From: Sedimentisphaerales bacterium
GTDB taxonomy: Bacteria; Planctomycetota; Phycisphaerae; Sedimentisphaerales; SM23-30
Reading direction: 5' to 3' (one strand)
Length of the DNA stretch: 64,000 bases
NCBI GenBank assembly: GCA_963666285.1
Contig: OY762711.1
This document shows, piece by piece, positions 19,708 through 29,000 of this stretch (positions within the stretch are counted from its first letter, which is position 1; each line of letters starts with the position of its first letter). Made by a program: the position numbers and the translations under genes. The notes under the pieces are model-generated. The model ran no database searches and was not told the origin of the DNA. It saw only the letters and a program-made list of their open reading frames with translations.

Positions 19708-20697
19708 ATGGCTTCGATAGTAGTAACTGGCGGTGCTGGTTTTATTGGTAGTGCTGTTATATGGGCTCTAAACAACCAGGGTATAACCGATATTATAGTA
19801 ACTGACGAACTCTGGCATGACCAGGAAACTGAGAGATGGAAAAACCTTGCCAGGTTAAAATTCAGTGACTATCTAAATAAGGACATATTTTTAGATGAAT
19901 TAGAAAATGGAAGATATGATGGTAAAATTTCTGGTATAATCCACATGGGGGCATGCAGTTCCACTACTGAACTGAATGCCGGTTACCTGATGGACAATAA
20001 TTATCTGGATACAAAACGGCTGGCAACATGGGCTGTTGAAAATGAATCCAGGTTTGTTTATGCCTCAAGTGCTGCAACTTATGGAGATGGTGAAAAAGGA
20101 TTCTCAGATGATCATGACCAGTTAAATGATTATGTGCCGCTTAATGCTTATGCCTTTTCTAAATGGCAATTTGATTTGCATGCCTTACGTACCGGAATTT
20201 TGGATAAAATTGCGGGGCTTAAATTCTTTAACGTATTTGGTCCTAATGAGTATCATAAGCAGGATATGAAGAGTGTTGTGGATAAAGCTTATCGACAAAT
20301 TAAAGAATCCGGTAAGGTTAAATTGTTCAAGTCTCACCATCCGCACTATGAAGACGGAGGGCAATTGAGAGATTTTGTCTATGTGAAATATGCTGTAGGG
20401 GCCGTATTAGCCCTTTATAATAATCCTTCGGCTAACGGGATTTATAATGTTGGTACGGGGAAAGCCCGCAGCTTTAAGGATCTGGTTTTAGCTGTTTTTG
20501 CGGCTATGGACCGGGAACCAATTATTGACTTCATTGATATGCCGGTTCATTTGAGGGAAAAATACCAGTATTACACTCAAGCTGAAACAGCAAAAATTAA
20601 GGCGGTTTATCCTGACAACGAATGGAATTCTCTGGAAAAATCGGTAGAGGACTATGTTAGGAACTACCTTATGCAGCCCGACGCATATTTGAAATAG
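19708..20697 (+). CDS. rfaD: ADP-L-glycero-D-manno-heptose 6-epimerase
   Basis: GGAGFIGS, HMGACSSTTE, YASSAATYG, PLNAYAFSK, FFNVFGPNEYHK. Confidence 0.95.
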   Translation: MASIVVTGGAGFIGSAVIWALNNQGITDIIVTDELWHDQETERWKNLARLKFSDYLNKDIFLDELENGRYDGKISGIIHMGACSSTTELNAGYLMDNNYLDTKRLATWAVENESRFVYASSAATYGDGEKGFSDDHDQLNDYVPLNAYAFSKWQFDLHALRTGILDKIAGLKFFNVFGPNEYHKQDMKSVVDKAYRQIKESGKVKLFKSHHPHYEDGGQLRDFVYVKYAVGAVLALYNNPSANGIYNVGTGKARSFKDLVLAVFAAMDREPIIDFIDMPVHLREKYQYYTQAETAKIKAVYPDNEWNSLEKSVEDYVRNYLMQPDAYLK

Positions 20698-20964
20698 TGT
20701 CAATATGATATATAATGATCTAGCGAAGCAAGGTAAATGGTGAAGCAAATATTACCATATGTTGAGAGAAAGTGGTCAGGAAAAACTGTTAAAAAGTTTA
20801 AGAATTAGTAAAATCAGGTTGAAAAAGAAATCTGGCAGGGACTCTGTAATTAAATTGATAAATTAAGGGCAAAAGCTATGTTATATGCAGCTATATTTGG
20901 GAGGAAGTCATTAAACCTGCCGTCTGATTTTAGAGATGCTCCAGTATAGCATACTTTTTCTTCA

Positions 20965-20992
20965 TTGACATTTCTGCTGTAATTAGTATTTT
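20965..20992 (+). promoter_or_regulatory. Putative sigma70 promoter just upstream of structured element copy 1
   Basis: TTGACA-N16-TATTTT. Confidence 0.4.
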
Positions 20993-20999
20993 AGGATTA

Positions 21000-21200
21000 G
21001 TTTACTTTCGCAGTTTTTAAGTTGCAATAACGAAGTGCCTCTGGTAAATCGCCTAAAAGGGCCTTCCTGCAACGCTTTGAATTAAATGTACTTTCGAAAA
21101 TTAGCTCGGAAACACATTTGAATATATAGTTTTTCATTCACAAGGCCCTGTTCCGGCCTTTGCGTGTAATGTTGAACAGTCAAAAGTGCGATACCGCACT
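21000..21200 (+). ncRNA. Unclassified structured intergenic element, copy 1
   Basis: 21009-21077 matches 38839-38907 at 67/69 nt; 21144-21200 resembles 39004-39060; ends in an AGTGCG-ATAC-CGCACT hairpin. Confidence 0.55.
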
Positions 21201-21243
21201 ATTACAGTATTAATGTTTTTTTTTACGTAAAGGATATAAATAA

Positions 21244-22905
21244 ATGAAAAAGTGTTGTTTGCTGGTTGTGTTATTGGCTTTATTTCTTTTTATTCCATCT
21301 TGTACCGGTATTTCTCCAAAATCAGAGCCTACCCCAAAAATCGTTAACATTATAAATTTCATTCGCCTCTGCGAGCCCAGGGATGAACGCATCACCGAAC
21401 AGGTACTTTACGATACCGTTGTCAAGCAGGTTGAGATAATGCAGAAAAATAACCTGGGCGGCACATTCCTTCTTCAATACGACGCTCTTATGGATTCCCG
21501 TTATCAGCAACTGTTAAAAAGCCTGCCTGCGGATTCATTCGAAATTGGCACATGGTGGGAAATTACCCAGCCTCATGTCGAAAAAGCCGGCATGAAATGG
21601 CGCGGACGTTTCCCTTGGGACTGGCACGCTGATGTCGGTTTTTCTACCGGCTACCTGCCAAAAGAACGCGAGAAACTCGTTGATATTTATATGGCCGATT
21701 TCAAGAAAATCTTCGGTTATTATCCAAAATCTGTCGGTTCATGGTTTATTGACACTCACACCTTGAATTATTTATCTGATAAGTACGGCATAGTAGCTTC
21801 ATGCAATTGCAAGGATCAGGTCGGTACCGATGGCTATACACTATGGGGTGGATACTGGAATCAGGCATACTATCCCAGCAAGTTAAACTCTTATATGCCC
21901 GCCCAACATGCGAAAAATCAGATCCCAGTACCTGTCTTCCGCATGCTCGGCAGCGATCCCGTTCGCCAATACGATACCGGCATCGGCACCAGCTGGCAGG
22001 GCGTTATTACTCTCGAACCGGTGTATGCTAAAGGCGGCGGTGACCAAACCTGGGTAAACTGGTTCTTCAGGGAGTTTGTCAACGGCGAAGCTATGGAATT
22101 TGCCTATGTTCAGGCAGGCCAGGAAAACTCTTTCACCTGGAACAGTATGGCAACAGGCTATGAAATCCAAATTCCTTTGATTGCCAGATTGCGTGATGAA
22201 GGCAAGGTCAGGGTTGAAACTCTTGCAGAGTCTGGCCAATGGTTCAAAAAACATTATAAAACTACACCCGCTACCTCTGTTACCGTTAACCAGGATATGC
22301 CCGGCTGTGACCGAAAGACTGTTTGGTTCAATTCCCGCAATTATCGCACAAATATTATCTGGGAAGATAACACAATGCGTATTCGTGATATTCGCCTGTT
22401 CAACGAAGATATGCCGTCAGATTACCTCACAGAAAGGGTGGATTCAAACGATTGCAAATTTTATACCCTTCCTGTTGTTGACGGGTTCCTTTGGAGCAAC
22501 AATGACAACCTTGCAGGCATTAGGCTCAAAGCCGTTATTGATGGAAAAGAAACTCTAATAAAAGGCGGCGATCCTGTTATTGCAAATCTTGTTCCCGGAA
22601 AGCTGCACATTACCTGGCCGCTTACATCTCCAAAGGGCACATGTGCGATGGTTATTGACGAAAATCTGATTTCCGTCAAAGTTGAATCTTTTGAGACTTT
22701 CGACTGGTTCCTTGAATTTTCCGCGGCAGAAAATAAAGATTTACCTTTCCAGTCTATCGAACCGAACAAGGTTACATGCAGGTTTAATAATTTCGGCTAT
22801 TCACTCAATGTCGAGAAAGGCACTTTCTCAAAAACTGACAGCAAATATGGATTCAGGATTATTCCCAAATCAGATACTCTTATCCTGAAAGGCAAATTGC
22901 AGTAA
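21244..22905 (+). CDS. Lipoprotein of unknown function, possibly carbohydrate-active (GH/deacetylase barrel-like)
   Basis: Lipobox IPSC; TFLLQYDAL, FGYYPKSVGSW; next to GH115. Confidence 0.6.
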   Translation: MKKCCLLVVLLALFLFIPSCTGISPKSEPTPKIVNIINFIRLCEPRDERITEQVLYDTVVKQVEIMQKNNLGGTFLLQYDALMDSRYQQLLKSLPADSFEIGTWWEITQPHVEKAGMKWRGRFPWDWHADVGFSTGYLPKEREKLVDIYMADFKKIFGYYPKSVGSWFIDTHTLNYLSDKYGIVASCNCKDQVGTDGYTLWGGYWNQAYYPSKLNSYMPAQHAKNQIPVPVFRMLGSDPVRQYDTGIGTSWQGVITLEPVYAKGGGDQTWVNWFFREFVNGEAMEFAYVQAGQENSFTWNSMATGYEIQIPLIARLRDEGKVRVETLAESGQWFKKHYKTTPATSVTVNQDMPGCDRKTVWFNSRNYRTNIIWEDNTMRIRDIRLFNEDMPSDYLTERVDSNDCKFYTLPVVDGFLWSNNDNLAGIRLKAVIDGKETLIKGGDPVIANLVPGKLHITWPLTSPKGTCAMVIDENLISVKVESFETFDWFLEFSAAENKDLPFQSIEPNKVTCRFNNFGYSLNVEKGTFSKTDSKYGFRIIPKSDTLILKGKLQ

Positions 22906-23086
22906 TCTACTATATATCCGGCAGCACAAAAGTATTCCATATTTAGTACGCAATTTTCTGGTATCCCTCCGATTATTGCTTGCTGGTTATTATTACACAA
23001 TAAATGGTCTCTAAAATACATTGTAGCTGCTATTATTAGAGATTATATTAAAACTTACAAAATTATATTTACTGTACATCATACGT

Positions 23087-23117
23087 AAGCGAGTGAGTAT
23101 TTCTCTCTCGCTTTTTT
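23087..23117 (+). terminator. Intrinsic terminator
   Basis: AAGCGAGTGAG...CTCTCTCGCTT followed by a T run. Confidence 0.6.
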
Positions 23118-23185
23118 CTTCAATAGCCCATAATATAGTGAGTGTTATCATATAAGTAACATTTCAACAACGAACGGAGATATAA

Positions 23186-25699
23186 ATGCATAATAAATCT
23201 TTATTCTCAGTTATTGTTATTCTTTTTGCTTTGTCCATGTCTTTCGCCGAATCTGATTTCGGCTATATGACTGATATCATCTCTGGCGAATCCTCTCCCG
23301 GCTGCTTCTCTCTGGTACACAATAACCATGCCACACCACTTTACCTCGACAAATCCGAATATCCCGCCGTTGTCCGCGCCGCCCAGGATCTCCAGCTCGA
23401 TATAGAACGTGTTACTTCCGTTAAACCACTGCTGCTCACCACCGCAATCTCTTCCAATACACCTGCTGTAATTATTGGCACCCTTGGCAAAAATGCTTTT
23501 ATCGACCGGCTTGTCCAGTCTGGCAAAATAAATACAGAATCAATCGCTGGCCAATGGGAATCGTATATTATCGCTGTTGTCGACAACCCGCTCCCCAACA
23601 TATCTAAGGCTCTCGTCATCATAAGCAGCGACAGACGCGGCACTATCTACGGCATATACGAAATCTCCCGCCAGATCGGCGTCTCACCCTGGTACTGGTG
23701 GGCTGACGTACCCATTCCGCATCAGGACAGTTTATATGTCATGCCCGGCTCTTACCATCAGGGCCCGCCCGCCGTCAAATACCGCGGCATATTTATCAAT
23801 GACGAAGACTGGGGACTGCATCAGTGGGCAATTCACACATTCGAAAAGCATCCCAAGGGCATCGGCCCCAAAACCTACGAAAAAGTCTTTGAGCTCATGC
23901 TCAGGTTGCGGCTCAACTATTTCTGGCCTGCTATGCACGAATGTTCGCGAGAGTTTGCTTCTATCCCAGAAAATGTCGAACTGGCACATTATTACGGCAT
24001 AGCTGCCGGTGCGTCCCATTGCGAGCCTATGCTTTTCAATAACACCAAATGGGACGAGAAAAAGCTTGGCAAATGGGATTATGCCGTTAACCGCGATACA
24101 ATTTATTCTACCTGGCAGAACTACGCCCAGAACCGCGGCGATAAGGAAGCCGTATGGACCATTGGCATGCGAGGCATACACGACCGTGGCATGCAGGGCG
24201 TTAGAGACTCAAAAACTCGAATTGCGACTCTCGAGCAAATATTTGCCGACCAGCGTTCCTTGCTCGACAAATATGTCACTAAGGAATGGGGCCCGGTTGC
24301 CCAGGCTTTCGTACCTTACAAGGAAGTCTTATCTCTTTACGATGCCGGCCTGAAGGTTCCTGACGATGTCACTCTTGTATGGGTCGACGACAATTTCGGC
24401 TATATCCGTCGCCTCAGCTCGCCCGACGAACGCAAACGATCTGGCGGTTCCGGGGTTTACTATCACATCTCCTATTATGGCGGTCCGCATTCTTACCTCT
24501 GGATAAACTCTACCGCTCCGGCATTACTCTGGGAAGAGTTTCACAAAGCATGGGAAAACCAGGCCCAAACTCTTTGGATGCTCAACGTCGGCGATATCAA
24601 ACCCGCTGAAATCGGCATAGATTATTTCTCACGCTTTGCCTGGAACGCCGATTCGTTCGGCCCCAACTCCCAGCCGCTTTTCCTGCGAGATTTTACCGCA
24701 GGCCTTTTCGGCGACCGGCTTGCACGGCCCATAGCCGACCTGCTCGCTGAATTCTATCGTCTCGGCACTATCCGTAAACCGGAACTTATGGTCCGCACCG
24801 GCTGGGCTCTTTCTATGCCCGAAGCTCAAGCAATCCAGCTTCGCAGCGACTACAAAAAACTGCTCGAAACTGAAGCCGATCTCGCTGCTCGTATTCCTGA
24901 TAACTATTGTGACACATATACCCAGCTTGTAGGTTTCCCCGCTCGCATACTCGCTTCCACCGGCCTTATCTTCATGGCCGATCGTTCCATCCAGTTTGGC
25001 GATGACGTCGCCGCGAACGAAAGCGAAATCACCCGATTGCGTGCTTTTATCAATTCTGAAGTCGATAACTACAATCAAAATGTTGCTTCCGGCAAATGGA
25101 ACCACATGATGCCCGGTGCCGTCACCCGCAAAGAGCTTATCCGCTGGAGCAGTCAGGTTCAATGGCCCTGGGGCGAAAAGCCCAGACCTGCCGATGCCCA
25201 ACCTCTCACACGCAATACCTCAACTCGCTCATGGCGGCCCGCATCTTCTGCCGACCGCAAGTCATTTTACGGCAAAGCTCAATGGACCCGCATCGATGGG
25301 CTCGGCTCAACCGCTAAAGCTCTCGCACTCAAACCTGCCAATATCGAATATAGCTGGCAGCAGGGCGATAAATACGCGCCGACTCTCGAATTCGATTTTG
25401 TTACAACTGACAGTGCCGATTCTAACCTGCTCATTGATTTCCTGCCGACTTTCCGCATCTGTCCCGGCATGAAACTCAGGGTCGCCGTCAGTATCGACGA
25501 TCAGCCCTCTATTCTCGTCGAAGTGCCAGGCTCCAGTGGTGCCGAAAACGAATACGGTCGCATTCGATACAACGCGGTACAAAGTAACTGCACTCAAGCG
25601 GATGTCAAGCTTCCTGAACTATCTCCCGGCACCCACACGCTGAAAATTCAAGCCGTCGATCCCGGCATAGTCATCGACAGAATATCACTGCCGCAATAG
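23186..25699 (+). CDS. GH115 alpha-glucuronidase
   Basis: Signal peptide, IGVSPWYWWADVP, VKYRGIFINDEDW, WPAMH, GMRGIHD, DDNFGY, NVGDIKP. Confidence 0.9.
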   Translation: MHNKSLFSVIVILFALSMSFAESDFGYMTDIISGESSPGCFSLVHNNHATPLYLDKSEYPAVVRAAQDLQLDIERVTSVKPLLLTTAISSNTPAVIIGTLGKNAFIDRLVQSGKINTESIAGQWESYIIAVVDNPLPNISKALVIISSDRRGTIYGIYEISRQIGVSPWYWWADVPIPHQDSLYVMPGSYHQGPPAVKYRGIFINDEDWGLHQWAIHTFEKHPKGIGPKTYEKVFELMLRLRLNYFWPAMHECSREFASIPENVELAHYYGIAAGASHCEPMLFNNTKWDEKKLGKWDYAVNRDTIYSTWQNYAQNRGDKEAVWTIGMRGIHDRGMQGVRDSKTRIATLEQIFADQRSLLDKYVTKEWGPVAQAFVPYKEVLSLYDAGLKVPDDVTLVWVDDNFGYIRRLSSPDERKRSGGSGVYYHISYYGGPHSYLWINSTAPALLWEEFHKAWENQAQTLWMLNVGDIKPAEIGIDYFSRFAWNADSFGPNSQPLFLRDFTAGLFGDRLARPIADLLAEFYRLGTIRKPELMVRTGWALSMPEAQAIQLRSDYKKLLETEADLAARIPDNYCDTYTQLVGFPARILASTGLIFMADRSIQFGDDVAANESEITRLRAFINSEVDNYNQNVASGKWNHMMPGAVTRKELIRWSSQVQWPWGEKPRPADAQPLTRNTSTRSWRPASSADRKSFYGKAQWTRIDGLGSTAKALALKPANIEYSWQQGDKYAPTLEFDFVTTDSADSNLLIDFLPTFRICPGMKLRVAVSIDDQPSILVEVPGSSGAENEYGRIRYNAVQSNCTQADVKLPELSPGTHTLKIQAVDPGIVIDRISLPQ

Positions 25700-26021
25700 A
25701 TTGCTTGCCAGTCTGCGGCTAATAAATAATCTTATGTCACAACTCTAACTCTTTATAAGGCATAAAGATAATACAAGGTGCTTGGCCAAAGTGCGCGTCT
25801 ACCTCTGGTAACAATTATTTTGCATATAATATTTGGAAATTCCTCCCATTTTTGCTATCATAAATCCTTAGTTTTTAACAATTTACTTATTGGCCGGGAT
25901 GCTGATTCTATAAATCTCATTTCTGCGATAAGTTACTTTATTATAATAACTTAAAATTGATAGGGCTGTATTGCCGCTTTAGCTGCTGACTGTCCGCCTC
26001 ACCGCCAACGGAAAAGAGTTT

Positions 26022-29000
26022 ATGAAAAAATCTGGTCTTTTTATCGTGTTTTTATGTCTTTGCCTGTCCGCAATACTTAATGCCGCCAATGGCATCATTC
26101 CCGGCACAGGTACCGAAACCGAACCATACCTCATCGAAGATCTTGCCGATTTCGACTATCTCGTTGCTAATTTTAGTGACTATAATAGCGGACAATATAT
26201 CAGGTTAGAAACCGATATCGATCTTTCCGGTAGAATTTACACAAACTATGTGATATATAGCATAACCAGTATTTTTGATGGTCATGGCCATACAATTAGC
26301 AATCCTACTATAAATACCGATGGCAGTGTTACTGATATTGGCTTTGCCGGTAGGATTGATGACTGGTTTAACGGCTTTTATCCTGGCTTTAGAAATCTTA
26401 ATTTGCAAAACGTAACAGTGAATGGTAATAACAATTCCGAAAATGTCGGTGGTCTTTGTGGTCTTATTTGGTATGGAAATATCAGTAACTGTATCGTTAC
26501 CGGCTCAGTAAATGGCTATACAAATGTCGGGCTTCTTGCCGGCTCTAATGATGGTGGAACTATAAGCAACTGTAGCACTTCCGGCACAGTATCTGGCTTT
26601 AAATGGGTTGGCGGTCTGATAGGATGTCAAGTAGGAAATACTGTTGGCGGTTCAACTTTTGCCAGCTGTTCTTCGGCAAATGTCTCAGGTTCGATTAACG
26701 TCGGCGGTTTCGTTGGTCAAAATGATTCGGGCTATATTGTCAACAGTTACGCCTCAGGCAATGTAACTGGTATAAATAGTTCTGCGGGCTTGTACTGCAT
26801 CGGCGGTTTCTGCGGCTATAATGGTGGCAGAATAGGCTACTCTTATTCTTCCGGCTTAGTTTCAGTTTATAGCTCAGCTGCTCAAAGCATCGGTGGATTC
26901 TGTGGCTATTCACAAATTACGCCTGTTGATCCTATCTATAGCTGCTTCTGGGACACCGACACCTCTGCCACGACCTACCCCGGCGATAATATCACCGGCG
27001 CAACCGGCATGCCTACTGACGACATGACAATATCTGCACCTTTTGTGAACGCTGGCTGGAGTTTTGCTGATGGTCCAACCTATGATGGGAACTATCCATG
27101 GTTGATGGTGGATTATCCGAGGCTGGCATGGGAGAATCTTGATATAGAGTTCGTACTTGTACCTGATGTTACAGGTATGACACAAACAGAAGCTGAACAA
27201 GCAATTGAAAATGCAGGTTTTATTTTCGGAAGTGTTAGTTATGCTTACAGTAATACAATAGCAGAGGGTTTGATTGTAAGCCAGACACCACAGGGAGGCG
27301 CATTGTCAACCGTTGGTATGACAATAACAATTGTAATATCAAAGGGTAAACTTCTAGGAGGTGGCGATGGTTCAGAGGCTAATCCATATCTGATAGAAAA
27401 TATAAACGACTTTTATGAATATTGTTCTAGCTCTTATTACTGGAGGAGGGGTGCTTACACTAGATTAGAGTGTGACTTGGACCTAAGTGAAGCTGGGACA
27501 TATAACCGGGCCCCAATAGCTTTCGACACTGATACTGACTCTCGTTTTGACGGTACGTCTTATGCTGGAAATTTTGATGGAAATGGGCATATTATAAGCA
27601 ATCTGTCTGTCAATAGTTTTCATTATTGTGGGTTGTTTGGGAAGGTTATTAGTGGCGGTTCTATAAGTAACCTGGGGTTGGAGAAAACCTCTGTTTCAGG
27701 TTCGTATTACGTTGCAGGTCTTGTAGGGTATAATGATCATGGCAGTTTATATAATTGCCATTGTATGGGAGATGTGATCGGAGAGAGTAATGTGGGTGGT
27801 CTCGTAGGATATAGTTATTTTGGTGGAATTGATAGTTGTTATTTAGCTGGCGAGGTGAGAGGTTCAGGCACTGATATAGGTGGGCTTGTGGGCAGTAATT
27901 GGAGTGGAAATATAACAAATTGTTATTCAGATGGAATTGTAACGGGGGAAAGTAAGTATGTTGGAGGTATAGTAGGTGAAAATCGGAATGGGGAAATAAC
28001 AAATTGCTATTCAACTGGAACTGTATCAGGTTCAAGTGTAGTTGGGGGGCTTGTTGGAACTAATTATTCTGGTAGTATTGCAAGCTCTTATTCAGCTAGT
28101 ATGGTTAGAAGTGTCACTGATAACGTTGGAGGTTGTGTTGGAATTAATATAGGTGGTAGTGTTGTGGACTGTTACTATTATGTCTTTAATGGAGGTGACA
28201 ATGGAATTGGGATAGCTCTTTCTGATGAAGAATTAACGAAAACAAATAGTTTTGCTGGCTTTGATTTTGTTGGCAATGATGCCGATGGCACTGAAGATAT
28301 CTGGGACATTACACCTGGATATATGCCTAGATTATTTTGGCAGTCTGCACCTGGGTGTAAGACTCATCTCAGTAGCATTCAGACTACGCTTGATGGAACA
28401 GGATATTCTGTTGACCCATTTCTTATAGGCAATTATAGTGACTTGCAGGAGTTTAGAGATAATAAATCGCTTCGAATAGGTAATTACAAATTAACAGCTG
28501 ATATTGACCTTTCCGGAGTCACTTATACTGAAGCTTTTGTTCCGGATATATTTAATGGTACATTTGATGGTGACGGTCATGCGATTTCGCACTTGACCAT
28601 CTCTGGAGGGCCTACCCTTGGATTTTTTAGTCAGCTGAATGGCTCAATTGACGGATTAGGCCTTGATGAAATTAATATTATTGGTTCTTATAGTGTTGGC
28701 GGTTTGTGTGGGATGAATTATGGCGGCATTAATAAATGCTGTGTTACTGGAACGATAACTGGAAGTGGTGGTTTAGTCGGTGGTTTATGTGGGGAGAATG
28801 ATAACGGAAGTATAAGTAATTGTTATTTTATTGGAACGGTGAATGGAAGTGGTAATTCTGTTGGTGGTTTGTGTGGATATAATTATTATGGCACTATCTC
28901 CAACTGCTATGCCGCCGGAACGGTGAATGGAAGTGGTAATTCTGTTGGTGGTTTGTGTGGATATAATTATTCTGGCAGTATAACCGAATCTTATGCCACC

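Noticed and set aside
21000..21200. Assigning the repeated element to a known riboswitch or ribozyme (SAM-I, c-di-GMP, c-di-AMP, cobalamin, T-box, hammerhead)
   Set aside because: I could not find the diagnostic core motifs on either strand by eye; an Rfam scan is needed to exclude them formally.
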